From an uncultured Chloroflexia bacterium (GTDB taxonomy: Bacteria > Chloroflexota > Limnocylindria > Limnocylindrales > CSP1-4): DNA of 64,000 nt. This document shows, piece after piece, positions 48,342 through 58,926 of the stretch (the first letter of the stretch is position 1; every line of letters starts with the position of its first letter). A model generated the notes under the pieces. That model saw nothing but the letters and a program-made list of their open reading frames with translations. It made no database searches and had not been told where the DNA came from. Both the position numbers and the translations under genes were made by a program. Location: contig CAWHDR010000005.1 in the NCBI GenBank assembly GCA_963828165.1, forward strand, positions 64,001-128,000, written 5' to 3'.

Positions 48342-49316
48342 TCAGGCGGCGCCGGAGGTCGGTCGCGCGGTGCTCGGGAGGGAGGTGGTTCGGCCGGCCG
48401 GCGTCGCGGCCACGGCCAGGGCGGCCCCGGCAAGCTCCGAGGCTCGCGCCTGCACGTCGGGCGTGCCCGCGATCTCGAGGATGTGCTGGGCCACGTCGCG
48501 CAGGTCCTCGATCGGCGTCGACGTGCCGCCGGTCACCCCGACGACACGCGCCGTGGCAAAGACCTCGGGGTCGGTCAGATCACGGACCCCTTCGACCTGG
48601 ATGGCGGGCGTGCCCGCGATCTCGCACAGCCGGGTCAGCTCCTTGGTATTCGCGCTGGAGCGGCCGCCGACGACCACCATCAGGTCGACGTCCTTGGCCG
48701 CCTCCATCGTGTCCTGCTGGCGACGGATCGTGACCGGACAGACCGTGTTGACGATCTTGAGCTCGTGGGCACGCCCGACCATGAACGCGGCGAGCTTCTC
48801 GAACTTCCAGGGCGGCTGGGTCGACTGGCTGATGAGTGCCATCCGCTTCTTGCGCGGGATGGCGGCCTCCCATTCCTCTTCCTCGTCCACGACGATCGCA
48901 TCGGGGGCGAAGCCGAGCATGCCCACGACCTCGGCGTGCTTGGGGGTCCCGAGGAGGACGATCGTGTAGCCCTCCTCGACGAGCTTCGTGAGCTCGCGGT
49001 GCTCCTGGATGACCCAGGTGCAGGTGCCGTCGATGACCTCGAGACCGCGCGTTTCGGCGCGCTCCATGACGTCCGGGCGCACACCGTGGGCCCGGATGAC
49101 GACCGCCGCGCCGTGGTCGACGTCGTCGAGGGTCTCTACGGTCTGGATGCCCAGATCCTGCAGGTCGCGGACGACGCCCTCGTTATGGACGACCTGGCCG
49201 AGGGTGTGCGTCGCCTTGCCGGCGGCCGACGCCTCCTTGGCCTTGTCGATCGCTTCTCGTACGCCATAACAAAACCCGGTGCGCTTCGCGATCCGGACTT
49301 CCTGAACAATTCCCAC
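48342..49316 (-). CDS. ispH: 4-hydroxy-3-methylbut-2-enyl diphosphate reductase
   Basis: GFCYGV, VHN, IRAHG, DGTC, HAEV, NTVC, VVGGRSSANT; GATAAT 6 nt upstream. Confidence 0.95.
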   Translation of the reverse strand: MGIVQEVRIAKRTGFCYGVREAIDKAKEASAAGKATHTLGQVVHNEGVVRDLQDLGIQTVETLDDVDHGAAVVIRAHGVRPDVMERAETRGLEVIDGTCTWVIQEHRELTKLVEEGYTIVLLGTPKHAEVVGMLGFAPDAIVVDEEEEWEAAIPRKKRMALISQSTQPPWKFEKLAAFMVGRAHELKIVNTVCPVTIRRQQDTMEAAKDVDLMVVVGGRSSANTKELTRLCEIAGTPAIQVEGVRDLTDPEVFATARVVGVTGGTSTPIEDLRDVAQHILEIAGTPDVQARASELAGAALAVAATPAGRTTSLPSTARPTSGAA

Positions 49317-49341
49317 GTGTCGATTATCGCACGGGGCCCCC

Positions 49342-50055
49342 TCAGACCCGATAAACGCCTTGTTGGCGCCCGGGGAGCAGGGCAGCGATCCGACGCATGA
49401 TGAGGTCCGTCGCCTGAGCCTTGGCCTCCGCTTTCGCGACATCGGGCGGTAGCACGTCGGCGAGGCGGAACGGGGAACCGACGCGCACGGTGACCCGGCC
49501 GCCGGGGTGCGGCAGCAGCCGGCCGCGCGGCCACACGCGGTCGGAACCCGCGATCCCGACCGGGACGATCGGCGCCCCCGTCCGCAGGGCCAGCGACGCG
49601 ACCCCGTCACGGCCCTCCTGCAGCGCTCCGTCGGGGCTGCGTGTGCCTTCGGGGAAGACGAACAGGACGTGGCCCTCGTCGAGGATCCGCTTGGCCAGCC
49701 GATACGCGTCGACGTCCGCCCGCGAGCGGTCGACCGGGTGCACGCCGCCGTGACGCGCGAGATACCCCACGACTGGCCACGCGAAGAGCTCCTTCTTGCC
49801 CAGCCACTGGAGGCGCCGACCGATCTTCGGGATGAGCCACGAGCCCAGCACGACGGCATCGAGGTTGGAGGCGTGGTTCGCGGCGATGATGACGGGACCG
49901 TCGCGCGGGATCTCATCGAGCGCGCCCTCGACCGACAGGCGCGTCATCGCCCGCCCGAACAGCCGCCCGCCGAACGTCAGCGTCGCGATCAGCGGCGTGA
50001 TGGAGCTGTCGAGCGGGGTCGGGCCGACGGGTTTGGGATCGGGCGGACCGGTCAC
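49342..50055 (-). CDS. plsC: 1-acyl-sn-glycerol-3-phosphate acyltransferase
   Basis: NHASNLD, FPEGTRS, PIVPVGI. Confidence 0.9.
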   Translation of the reverse strand: MTGPPDPKPVGPTPLDSSITPLIATLTFGGRLFGRAMTRLSVEGALDEIPRDGPVIIAANHASNLDAVVLGSWLIPKIGRRLQWLGKKELFAWPVVGYLARHGGVHPVDRSRADVDAYRLAKRILDEGHVLFVFPEGTRSPDGALQEGRDGVASLALRTGAPIVPVGIAGSDRVWPRGRLLPHPGGRVTVRVGSPFRLADVLPPDVAKAEAKAQATDLIMRRIAALLPGRQQGVYRV

Positions 50056-50762
50056 GGCCCGTCGTTCGTGGCTTGTGCCGTCGGGGAGTGCCGTGCCTCG
50101 GCGTCCCGGATCGCCCCGACCACCGCCGTAACGGTCTCCTCGAACTCGTTGCCGTCGGTCGTGATGATCCGGGCGTCCGTCGCGATCCGGAGCGGCGCCA
50201 CCTGGCGCGTGGCGTCCAGGTGATCGCGCCGGCGCAACGCCTCGAGGATCGCGGCGGCGGCCGCGCTATCGGGGTCGAGGCCTCGTTCCTCGGCCCGGCG
50301 CCGGGCTCGCTCCGTCACCGACGCGTCCAGGTAGACCTTGAGGTCGGCGTCGGGCAGGACCACGGTGCCGATGTCGCGACCGGCCATCACGATCCCGCCA
50401 CCGGCGGCGAGGTCGCGCTGGCGCTGCAGGAGCGCCGACCGCACCTCGGGGACCGCGGAGACGGCGGAGACCGCCGAATCGACCGCTGGCGCGCGGACAT
50501 CCGCCGTGTGATCGATCCCGTCGACGAGCACGCCGGCCAGGCGCCCGTCCGGGTCGCTCGCGAGCTGCACCTCGTCCACCAACCCCACGAGGCCCTCGGG
50601 GTCGTCCACCGAGACGCCGCGGGACTCGGCGAGCCAGGTGACAGCGCGGTAGAGGAGGCCGGTATCGCAGAAGCGGTAGCCGACCTCCCGGGCAGCCGCC
50701 GCTCCCACGCTGCTCTTGCCCGACGAGCCAGGCCCGTCCAGGGCCACGACCAGGCGTCCCAT
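50052..50762 (-). CDS. cmk: Cytidylate kinase
   Basis: LDGPGSSGKSS, DTGLLYR, GRDIGTVVLPDA; TATCCT 7 nt upstream. Confidence 0.95.
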   Translation of the reverse strand: MGRLVVALDGPGSSGKSSVGAAAAREVGYRFCDTGLLYRAVTWLAESRGVSVDDPEGLVGLVDEVQLASDPDGRLAGVLVDGIDHTADVRAPAVDSAVSAVSAVPEVRSALLQRQRDLAAGGGIVMAGRDIGTVVLPDADLKVYLDASVTERARRRAEERGLDPDSAAAAAILEALRRRDHLDATRQVAPLRIATDARIITTDGNEFEETVTAVVGAIRDAEARHSPTAQATNDGP

Positions 50763-50779
50763 GGGGCGCAGGATACCGG

Positions 50780-50920
50780 TCACTCGCCTTCCGACCCGGC
50801 CAGCACGCTCTCCAGCAGGGCCACGAATTCGTCCCGCGGATCGACCGCGAGCTTCCTGCCGTCCTCCCGCGACCAAGCGGGGACGTCGTCGCCCCCGAGG
50901 AGTCGTCGGAGGAAGCCCAT
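50780..50920 (-). CDS. Small hypothetical protein (46 aa)
   Basis: ATG overlaps the rluB TGA; MGFLRRLLGGDDVPAWSREDGRKLAVDPRDEFVALLESVLAGSEGE. Confidence 0.55.
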   Translation of the reverse strand: MGFLRRLLGGDDVPAWSREDGRKLAVDPRDEFVALLESVLAGSEGE

Positions 50921-51771
50921 CAGCGGGCTTCGCGCGCCGGAGACCCCGAGCGCTCCGTGGTCGGTGGCCGTGACCGTCCGCCGCCGGGAGGGCGGGACTT
51001 GCCTGCGCCGGCGCCGAGCCCGCGGATCTCGGGCGCCTTGAGCTGGCGGACGACCCCGCTGCGCAGTCCGTCGATGCGGACCGGTCCGATCCGGACGCGC
51101 ACCAGGCGCTGGATCGGCGCCTCGACGGCGCCGAACATCCGTCGCAGCTGTCGCTTCCAGCCCTGGGTGAGGGTCGCGCGGTACCAGGTGAGGTCCGGCG
51201 ACGGCGTCGGTCGGAGGAGCTCCGCCAGTCGCTGGGCCTCGATCGCGGTCATGGGTCGGAGCGCACCCAGCGTGGCGAGTCCTTCGGTCAGCTGGATCCC
51301 GGCCTGGAGGGCATCGGCCTGCTGGCGGTCCAGCGGCGCCGCGAGCCCGATCGCGTACTCGCGCTCCACCCCGTGACGGGGATGGAGCACCTTGTCGGCC
51401 CATTCGCCGTCGTTGGTCAGCAGTAGCATCCCCTCCGAGTCCTGGTCGAGGCGGCCCACGGGATAGAGCCTCGCGCCGTCGGGCACGAGGGCGGTCGGGA
51501 TGAATTCGAGGACGGTCTGGGCGGCGTGGCGGTCCTGGGTCGTGGAGGTGACCCCGGCCGGCTTGTGCAGCAGCAGATGGGTCATCGCCGCGGCGCTGCC
51601 GATGATGTGGCCATCGACGGCGATGACGACGCGATCCGGGTCGACCTGGGAGCCCACGGTCGCCCGCTTTCCGTCGACCGTGACCCGACCGGCGGCGATC
51701 ATCGATTCGGCCGCGCGGCGCGACGCCACGCCGGCCGCGGCAAGGACCTTCTGAAGCCGCTCGGTGGCCAT
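50920..51771 (-). CDS. rluB: 23S rRNA pseudouridine synthase (RluB/RsuA family)
   Basis: S4 domain ERLQKVLAAAGVASRR, YPVGRLD, QLRRMF. Confidence 0.92.
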   Translation of the reverse strand: MATERLQKVLAAAGVASRRAAESMIAAGRVTVDGKRATVGSQVDPDRVVIAVDGHIIGSAAAMTHLLLHKPAGVTSTTQDRHAAQTVLEFIPTALVPDGARLYPVGRLDQDSEGMLLLTNDGEWADKVLHPRHGVEREYAIGLAAPLDRQQADALQAGIQLTEGLATLGALRPMTAIEAQRLAELLRPTPSPDLTWYRATLTQGWKRQLRRMFGAVEAPIQRLVRVRIGPVRIDGLRSGVVRQLKAPEIRGLGAGAGKSRPPGGGRSRPPTTERSGSPAREAR

Positions 51772-52514
51772 CAGGGGTCGGCTCGGTGGTCTTCCCTGCC
51801 GACCGGCGCTCCGGCCGCATCGTCGCTGCCAGTCTGGTCCGTGGGGTCCGCCGCGCCGGCGGCCGCCGCCCGATCGAACAGCGGTTCGGTCATCGGCTCG
51901 CCGCCCTCCTCCGCGAGGCGCGCCGCGACGTCGCCATCGAGCGGGGGCAGCTCTTCCAGGCTCGTGAGCCCGAACCGCTCGAGGAACTCGAAGCCGGTGC
52001 CGTACAGGAATGGTCGACCTGGCGCCGCGGACCGGCCGAGCTCCACCAGGAGGCGGCGATGCAGCAGCGTCCGCACGGTGTAGTCCGAATCCACGCCGCG
52101 GATCCGCTCGATGGCGGCCTTCGTGACCGGCTGCCGGTACGCCACGATGGCCAACGTCTCGAGCGACGCCGGGGAGAGGCGGACGGCATCCGCGCCCACG
52201 TAGCGGGCGACGAGCGCACCTGCTTCGGCGGCCGTCGCCAGCTCGACGCGGTCGCCGTCGATCAGGAGGCGCACGCCGCGGTCGCGCAGTGAGACCTCGA
52301 GGTCGCCGAGGCGTTCATCCACCGTGGCGCGGTCGGTGCCGGCGAGCGCGGCGATCTCCCGGCGGCTCAATGGGCGTTCGGCCACGAAGAGCAGTGCTTC
52401 CAGCGCGGACTCCGTGAGCTCGATCGGCGGGCGCTCGTCGTCCGTCGGCGCGCCATCGACACGCGCGGGGTCGATGGGATCGGTGGCGGCCAGCTCGAAC
52501 GCCTCGTCGGTCAC
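51771..52514 (-). CDS. scpB: SMC-Scp complex subunit ScpB
   Basis: LEALLF, LSPASLETLAIVAYRQPVT, IRGV, FLERFGL.SL.ELP. Confidence 0.95.
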   Translation of the reverse strand: MTDEAFELAATDPIDPARVDGAPTDDERPPIELTESALEALLFVAERPLSRREIAALAGTDRATVDERLGDLEVSLRDRGVRLLIDGDRVELATAAEAGALVARYVGADAVRLSPASLETLAIVAYRQPVTKAAIERIRGVDSDYTVRTLLHRRLLVELGRSAAPGRPFLYGTGFEFLERFGLTSLEELPPLDGDVAARLAEEGGEPMTEPLFDRAAAAGAADPTDQTGSDDAAGAPVGREDHRADP

Positions 52515-53431
52515 GCGAACGACTCCAGGGTCTCGTCGAGGGGCGCATCCTCGGTATCGGGCGTCGGCGCGAGACCGGCAGCGGCGCGCTCCTCGGCCGT
52601 CGTCGCGCGGGCCACGATCGGGCCCCACGGCTCGGCTTGCTCCACCACGATCTCGCGCCGCTTCATCAGCTCGAGCATGGCCAGGAACGTGACGGCGATC
52701 ACCACGCGGTCGCGGACGCCGGCGAGCAGCTCCTGAAGGACCACGGACGGTGCGCCACGGAGGGCGGCGCGGATGATGGTCGCCCGCTCCGTGAGGGTGA
52801 CCACGCGCTGCATGACCTCGGCCGGCGGCGCTAGGGGCAGCACGATCGCGGCGAGATGCGACACGGCGCTCACCAGCCGGGCCGGATCGAGCGGCGGCGC
52901 ATCCGCGGGCCGTGCTCCGGCCAGACCGGCGGCGCGCGCTGCTCCTGGCTCCCGGCGAAACAGGCCGATCCGCAGGAGCGCGCCATCGGCGAGGCGCTGC
53001 CCGGCATCGCGGTACGCGCGGTAGAGGATGAGCCGGGCGCGAAGCTCGGCCTCGGGATCGGGGCCCTCGTCGGCGATCGCGGTGGGGTCGGCCGCCGTCT
53101 GTCGGGGGAGCATGGCGCGGCTCTTGATGAGGATCAGCTGCGAGGCGACCGCGACGAACGAGCTCACGTTCCCGAGCCGGTCCGATTCGAGCCCCGCGAG
53201 CGCGTCCAGGTAGGCGTCCGCGAGACCGCCGAGCGGGACGGTCAGGACATCGAGCTGACGGGCCTCGATCAGCGACAGCAGGAGGGCAAGCGGCCCATCG
53301 AATTCCGCGATCTGGACCTGGGTGGCGGTCTCCGGCCGGCGACCGTCGCCGAAGCTGACAGCCGGGGTGCCGCGCGCCGGCGCAGGGGTCGGCGCCATCA
53401 CGGGGACGCCCGGGCCGCTGGCCCCCGACAT
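52511..53431 (-). CDS. scpA: Segregation/condensation protein A
   Basis: FDGPLALLLSLI, LILIKSRAMLP, TFLAMLEL. Confidence 0.95.
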   Translation of the reverse strand: MSGASGPGVPVMAPTPAPARGTPAVSFGDGRRPETATQVQIAEFDGPLALLLSLIEARQLDVLTVPLGGLADAYLDALAGLESDRLGNVSSFVAVASQLILIKSRAMLPRQTAADPTAIADEGPDPEAELRARLILYRAYRDAGQRLADGALLRIGLFRREPGAARAAGLAGARPADAPPLDPARLVSAVSHLAAIVLPLAPPAEVMQRVVTLTERATIIRAALRGAPSVVLQELLAGVRDRVVIAVTFLAMLELMKRREIVVEQAEPWGPIVARATTAEERAAAGLAPTPDTEDAPLDETLESFA

Positions 53432-53931
53432 CAGTTGGCCTCGTCCGCGAGCTGGAGGAGGCGGCCCGCCTCAGGATCGACCGGCGCATCCTGGTGCCGG
53501 ATCAGCTCGACCGTCCGCGGCGAGCAACCGGCCGCGCTCGCCAGCGAGGCGGAGACCTCGGCGTGGGCGCGCAGCCGGGCCTGGGCGGCGCGTGCCGGCG
53601 GCAGCACCCCGGCGACCCGCGGGATCCAGCCTCCGTATCGCTGGCCGAGGGCGTACACCACGCGCGGCCACACCCCGGTCAGCCCCTTGCCGGCATCGTG
53701 CAGCAGGCCGGCGAGCAAGACTTCCGGGTCGGTCAGGCCGTCCGCCCGGAGCGTCGCCACGACGTCCAGCCCGTGCCGCCGATCGGCGACGTGCATGCCG
53801 TCGAACAGCGCGAGCTGTGGATCGGTGAGCCAGGTCTCCAGTCCCGCGCGTTCCGCCGGCCCGACCGAGGCCCGCACGTGCGCACGGAACTGGCGCGACC
53901 TAGAGCCCCACCAGGAGCCCAAAGAGCCCAT
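53431..53931 (-). CDS. HD-domain protein
   Basis: DRRH, AGLLHDAGK, HAE, IRH, LQLAD. Confidence 0.8.
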   Translation of the reverse strand: MGSLGSWWGSRSRQFRAHVRASVGPAERAGLETWLTDPQLALFDGMHVADRRHGLDVVATLRADGLTDPEVLLAGLLHDAGKGLTGVWPRVVYALGQRYGGWIPRVAGVLPPARAAQARLRAHAEVSASLASAAGCSPRTVELIRHQDAPVDPEAGRLLQLADEAN

Positions 53932-54586
53932 CCAGGATCGGCCCGATGATCTGCCCACCGATGGAGGCGCCGGGCGGGATGAAGAACAGCAGCAGCAACA
54001 GGATGAAACCGTACTGCTCCAGGACCGGTCGCCACTGCCAGGCCATGCGCGGCGGCATGAAGGCGAACAGCACCTTCGAGCCATCGAGCGGCGGGATCGG
54101 GATCAGGTTGAAGATCATCAGGACCAGGTTGATCAAGACGAAGATCGGGAGGGCCCCGCCGATGAATCCCTGGCTGTCCACCTCGAAGATGAAGCTCGGG
54201 ATGGAATCCCAGAGCGTCGGATTCTCGATCAGGTAGCGGAGCGGCAACGCCGCGGCCGCGGCCAGGATGAGGTTCGAGAGCGGGCCCGCGGCGGCGACCA
54301 GTGCCTCGCCCCGCCGGCCACCCGAGAGGTTCGATGGGTTGACCGGGGTGGGCTTGGCCCAGCCGAAGCCGAAGCTCCCGCCAGATCCCAGGAACGTGAC
54401 CGCGAGCAGGATCCCGCCGAGCGGATCGAAATGGACGATCGGGTTGAGCGTCAGGCGACCGAGCAACTTCGCGGTGCCGTCACCGAGGCGGTACGCCGCC
54501 AGTGCGTGGGCGAACTCATGGACCGGGAAGCCGACCAGGAGCATGATCGCGACCGCGATGGCGATCGGTAGGAGGTCGTCGGGCAC
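53900..54586 (-). CDS. Site-2 protease family (M50) protein
   Basis: HEFAH, GRLTLNP, FGWAKP.PVNP, FNLIPIPPLDG. Confidence 0.93.
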   Translation of the reverse strand: MPDDLLPIAIAVAIMLLVGFPVHEFAHALAAYRLGDGTAKLLGRLTLNPIVHFDPLGGILLAVTFLGSGGSFGFGWAKPTPVNPSNLSGGRRGEALVAAAGPLSNLILAAAAALPLRYLIENPTLWDSIPSFIFEVDSQGFIGGALPIFVLINLVLMIFNLIPIPPLDGSKVLFAFMPPRMAWQWRPVLEQYGFILLLLLFFIPPGASIGGQIIGPILDGLFGLLVGL

Positions 54587-54650
54587 AGGATCCTTTCGGT
54601 ACGAGTCGCGCGTATCGTAGCCGCGCTGGCCCTCGAGCTCCGACCCGGAC

Positions 54651-55403
54651 CTACAACCGGCTGAGCAGGTCCGCCTTCTTGCGGTCGTACTCCTCGGGGC
54701 TGATCGCGCCCCGGTCGCGCAGGTCGGCCAGGCTCGAGAGTGTCCTGGTCAGCTCGTCCGAGCTCAGGGCCGCGTTCGGCGGCCGGCCGGGCGTGTCGGC
54801 CGACACGGTCTCGTCCCCGTCGGTGGCGGCGCGCGCCGCCGGCGCAGCGACCGGCCGCGGTGCCTCGGTACGCAGCGGCGGGCTCGGGGCGTACCCGGTG
54901 CCCGCCACATCGCGCTCGTACTCGTGCTTGGCGTCGAGCATGGCCTTCTTGAACCCGACCGGGTTACGGATCATGCGGAAGCGCTCGACGCCAGTCTCCG
55001 CGGCGGTGAGGATGTCGAGATCGCCGAAGCCGAACATCCGCCCGAACACGGACTGCGAGAGCCGCGCGTCGTTGATCTTCTCGAGCGAGCTGTCCGTGGA
55101 GGTCTTGTTGAGCACGCCGGCGACCTGCAGGACGCGCCGGTTCGTCAGCACGTACTCCTGGTTGAGGTAGCGGAGGATGTGCCAGCCGAGCACGCCAAGT
55201 CCGCCGATGACCAGGGCCGCGACGCCGATGCCGACGATCCCTCGCTGGTCAGGCCCGACGTTCTGGCTCAGGACCAGCAGGACGAAGCCCAGGATGATGG
55301 CGCCGACCGCGATCTTCGCGCCCCACACGAACACGAACCAGTGCTGTTTCTCGCGGTGGGCGATCCGCTCCCCGGTCGAGAGCAGTCCGTCGGCGTAGCT
55401 CAT
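54651..55403 (-). CDS. Membrane protein with bacterial PH domain and C-terminal SHOCT domain
   Basis: Two TM segments, YVLTNRR, GRMFGFGDL.I, L.DLRDRGAISPEEYDRKK. Confidence 0.85.
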   Translation of the reverse strand: MSYADGLLSTGERIAHREKQHWFVFVWGAKIAVGAIILGFVLLVLSQNVGPDQRGIVGIGVAALVIGGLGVLGWHILRYLNQEYVLTNRRVLQVAGVLNKTSTDSSLEKINDARLSQSVFGRMFGFGDLDILTAAETGVERFRMIRNPVGFKKAMLDAKHEYERDVAGTGYAPSPPLRTEAPRPVAAPAARAATDGDETVSADTPGRPPNAALSSDELTRTLSSLADLRDRGAISPEEYDRKKADLLSRL

Positions 55404-55424
55404 GCCCCGTGTCCCTCCTGGCGA

Positions 55425-56342
55425 TCAGGCCCGCGGATGGGCCCGGCGATAGACATCCCGGATCCGCTCCCCGGTCAGATGCGTGTACAGCTGGGTCGTG
55501 GAGATACTCGCATGACCGAGCAACTCCTGGACGACCCGCAGGTCGGCCCCACCCTCGAGCAGGTGCGTCGCGAACGAGTGCCGGAGCGTGTGCGGGCTCA
55601 CCCGGCCGCCGAGGCCGGCCCGCCTGGCCGCCGACGTCACGGCCGCCCAGGCCGCCTGCCGCGCGAGCCGCGCCCCGCGATCCCCGAGGAACAACGGTCC
55701 GCCGCGGACCGGCGACACGTGACTGTGGGCGAGGAGCGCGGGCCGCGGTCCATCGATCCAAACGATGAGCCAGTCCAGGGCGATCTCGCCGATGGGGACG
55801 AGGCGCTCCTTGTCGCCCTTGCCGATGACGCGCACGAACGCCCCCTCGAGCGACAGGTCCTCGCGATCGAGGCCGACGGCCTCGCTCACCCGCAGGCCTG
55901 CCGCGTACAGCAGCTCGAGCAGCGCCCGGTCGCGCACGCCGCGCTCGGACGCAGCCTCGAGCAGGCGCTCCACCTCGCCGACATCGAGCGTATCGGGCAA
56001 GCGTCGGCTCTGGCGGGGCAGGTCCAGGTGGGTCGCCACGTCTACGTCGATCAGGCCCTCGCCGAACGCGAATTGGTAGAAGCCCTTGAGCGCGGCCGCC
56101 CGCCGCCGCAGGCTCGTGGGGGCGAGGCCCGTATCGCCGCGGCGTCCGCGCTGGGTTCGGGCCGCGAGATAGCGCACGGCCGGGTCGGGCGAACGGGCCC
56201 ACGCACCGTCCTCGCCCAGCGACCCCCCGAAGTCCGTGAGATCGCCGCGGTAGGCGCGGATCGTGGCGGGCGCGAGGCCCCGCTCGACGTGAAGGTACGC
56301 GAGGTAGTCCTCGACGACCCGCTCGAGGGAGACGGTCGTCAC
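55425..56342 (-). CDS. xerD: Site-specific tyrosine recombinase XerD
   Basis: [61 protein letters not shown]. Confidence 0.9.
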   Translation of the reverse strand: MTTVSLERVVEDYLAYLHVERGLAPATIRAYRGDLTDFGGSLGEDGAWARSPDPAVRYLAARTQRGRRGDTGLAPTSLRRRAAALKGFYQFAFGEGLIDVDVATHLDLPRQSRRLPDTLDVGEVERLLEAASERGVRDRALLELLYAAGLRVSEAVGLDREDLSLEGAFVRVIGKGDKERLVPIGEIALDWLIVWIDGPRPALLAHSHVSPVRGGPLFLGDRGARLARQAAWAAVTSAARRAGLGGRVSPHTLRHSFATHLLEGGADLRVVQELLGHASISTTQLYTHLTGERIRDVYRRAHPRA

Positions 56343-58078
56343 GCCGGCCGGTCGGCCCCTGCCGAGCCGACGGCCGCTCCCCCGCCCCGCCAGGCGTCGG
56401 CCCGGTCGAGCAGCTCTCGCGCCGACGCCAGGGCCGCCGGATCGCCCGGACCGCCACCGAGCATCGCCGCGAGCTCGACGATCCGTCCCTCGCGATCGAG
56501 ACGCTCCACCTCGGTGACGGTGCGGCCATCGCGCTCGCGCTTGGCGATGCGGTAGTGCGCGTCGGCGTGGGCCGCGATCTGGGGCAGATGGGTGACGCAC
56601 AGGACCTGGTGTCGGCGAGCCAGACCCCACAGGCTCCTGCCGATCGGGTCGGCGCTGCGTCCGCCGATGCCGCTGTCCACCTCGTCGAAGACCAGCGTGG
56701 GCGTCGCGTCGGCTTCGGCCAGGATCCGCTTGATGGCGAGGGCGACCCGGGACAGCTCGCCGCCCGACGCGATCTTCGCGAGTGGCCGCGCCGGCTCACC
56801 CGGGTTCGGGGCGAGGCGATAGACCACTTGGTCGACGCCGGCCGCATCGAAGGCGACGGCGTCGCCATCGACCTCGACCGCCGCCTCGCCGGCGCCCGCC
56901 GTACGGCGCCCGACCGCCACTTCGAAGACGTCGGCCGGGAAACCCAGCTCCTCGAGGACCTCCCCCACCGCCGACCCGAGGCCCGTCGCCGTGCCCCGAC
57001 GAGCCGCCGACAGCGCCGTCGCGGCCGCCGCGACCTCGGCCAGCCGCTCGGCATCCTCTCGCTGGCGGCGCGCGCGCTCTTCGTCGAGGCCGCGCAGGCG
57101 ATCCGCTTCGAGGGAGGCTTGTTCGCCGTGCGCGATGACCGCCGCCTCGTCGTCGCCGTACCGTCGAAGGAGCCCGTGGATGACCCCAAGCCGAGCATCG
57201 AGTTCGGCGACTGCGCGCGGATCGTGGTCCACGCTCTCGGACAGGCGGCGCGCCTCCTCGGCGACGTCGGTCAGCTCCGCCTCCAGGCCGGCCAGTCGTT
57301 CGGCGAGCGGTTCGAAGCGCGGATCGAGTCGGGCCAGTCCGCGGGCCTCCTGCAGGGCGACCGCTGCGGTGTCTCGGGCGCCGGCTCCCTCCTGGGTGAG
57401 CGCTTCGCGCAGGGACGCGGCGCCCCGGGCGATCGCCTCGCCATGCTGCGCCGCCGTCAGACGGCCGCGGATCTCGTCCGCCTCGCCAGGTCGGAGGTGC
57501 GCGCCCGCGATCTCGGCCGCCTCGTGTTCGAGCAGGTCCAGGCGGCGGGCAACCTCTCGCGGATCCAGCGCGGCCGCGTCGAGCGCGGCCCGGTTCTCGC
57601 GCCAGCGCTCCACGGCACCCGCCATCGTCGCGCGCAGCTCGCCGTGGCCACCGAAGCCGTCGAGCAGATCGCGCTGCCAGCGCTCGTCGAGCAAACGTCC
57701 CTGGTCGTTCTGGCCATGCACCTCGACCATGGCGCCGACCTCGTCGGCCAGGCGGGCCGCCGTCACCGTGGCGTCGTCGAGGCGCGCCGTGGACCGGCCG
57801 CTCGCCGCGACCTCCCGGACCGCGATCAAGGGCTCGGGCATGCGATCGAACAGGGCCTCGACCCGCGCGGCCTCGGCGCCGTGACGCACCAAGCCGGTAT
57901 CCGCGCGGGCCCCCATGGCCAGCCCGAGCGCGTCGATCAGCAGGCTCTTGCCGGCCCCCGTCTCGCCCGTGATGACGTTGAGACCGGCGTCGAAGGCGAG
58001 GCGCAATCGGTCGATGAGCGCGAGGTCGGAGACCGTCAGCTCCAGGAGGCGCCCCGGGGTCGCGGTGTCGTCGCTCAC
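56339..58078 (-). CDS. recN: DNA repair protein RecN
   Basis: [35 protein letters not shown]. Confidence 0.96.
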   Translation of the reverse strand: MSDDTATPGRLLELTVSDLALIDRLRLAFDAGLNVITGETGAGKSLLIDALGLAMGARADTGLVRHGAEAARVEALFDRMPEPLIAVREVAASGRSTARLDDATVTAARLADEVGAMVEVHGQNDQGRLLDERWQRDLLDGFGGHGELRATMAGAVERWRENRAALDAAALDPREVARRLDLLEHEAAEIAGAHLRPGEADEIRGRLTAAQHGEAIARGAASLREALTQEGAGARDTAAVALQEARGLARLDPRFEPLAERLAGLEAELTDVAEEARRLSESVDHDPRAVAELDARLGVIHGLLRRYGDDEAAVIAHGEQASLEADRLRGLDEERARRQREDAERLAEVAAAATALSAARRGTATGLGSAVGEVLEELGFPADVFEVAVGRRTAGAGEAAVEVDGDAVAFDAAGVDQVVYRLAPNPGEPARPLAKIASGGELSRVALAIKRILAEADATPTLVFDEVDSGIGGRSADPIGRSLWGLARRHQVLCVTHLPQIAAHADAHYRIAKRERDGRTVTEVERLDREGRIVELAAMLGGGPGDPAALASARELLDRADAWRGGGAAVGSAGADRPA

Positions 58079-58926
58079 GACGGCAGCAGCTCCACCTTGT
58101 GGCGTAGCAGGTCCCAGAACGAGAGGGCGCCGCGCGGGTGCAGGAGGCGGACCGGTCGTTCCAGCGCCCGCACCTCGACCACGTCCCCGACGGCGATCTG
58201 CAGGTCCTCGCGACCGTCGACCGACACCAGCGCCTCGTGCGCGTCGACGACGCGGCAGCGGACGACCTGCTCGGGGCCGACGACGACGGAGCGGAAGGCC
58301 GACAGGTAGGCGGCGATCGGGGTGACGATGAGGTTCCGGCTGACCGGGTCCAGGATCGGACCGCCGGCCGAGAACGAATACCCGGTGGAGCCCGTCGGGC
58401 TCGCGACGATGAGGCCGTCCGCGATGAAGGTCGCGAGATGCGTGTCGTCGATGGAGACGTCGAGCCGGCACACCCGGGCCAGCGATCCCCGGGCGATGAC
58501 GATGTCGTTGAGGGCCATGTGCCGGTCGGCGTCCCCTGCCCCGCCGCCTGAGGCACGCAGGATGCGGCCTTCGATGACCATGCGTTCGTCGAAGGTGAAC
58601 TCGCCGGCAGCGATCCGTTGGAGCACGGTCTCGAGGTCGCTGGCCTCGGCCTTCGAAAGGAAGCCAACCTTGCCGAGGTTGATCCCGAGGATGGGGACGT
58701 CCACCTCCGCCACGGCGCGCGCCGCCCGGAGGAACGTGCCGTCGCCACCGAGCACGATGAGCGCGTCGGTCGTCGGCAGCTCGCGCAGGAGTCGTTCGGT
58801 GTCGCCGGCTGGGCACTGCCACTCCCCGATCCCTCGCATCTGGCACCAACCCGCAGCTCGCGCGGCAAGCTCCGCGGTCGGCTCCTGGGTCGGGTTGTAG
58901 GCGAACCCGATGCGCGCGACGGTCAT
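58075..58926 (-). CDS. nadK: NAD+ kinase
   Basis: GGDGT, GINLGKVGFL, ALND, DGLIVASPTGSTGYS. Confidence 0.96.
   Translation of the reverse strand: MTVARIGFAYNPTQEPTAELAARAAGWCQMRGIGEWQCPAGDTERLLRELPTTDALIVLGGDGTFLRAARAVAEVDVPILGINLGKVGFLSKAEASDLETVLQRIAAGEFTFDERMVIEGRILRASGGGAGDADRHMALNDIVIARGSLARVCRLDVSIDDTHLATFIADGLIVASPTGSTGYSFSAGGPILDPVSRNLIVTPIAAYLSAFRSVVVGPEQVVRCRVVDAHEALVSVDGREDLQIAVGDVVEVRALERPVRLLHPRGALSFWDLLRHKVELLPS

Noticed and set aside
55425-56342. Tyrosine recombinase as the island integrase
   Set aside because: It has XerD-type motifs, is coupled to recN in a core operon, and lies 10 kb from tRNA-Pro.
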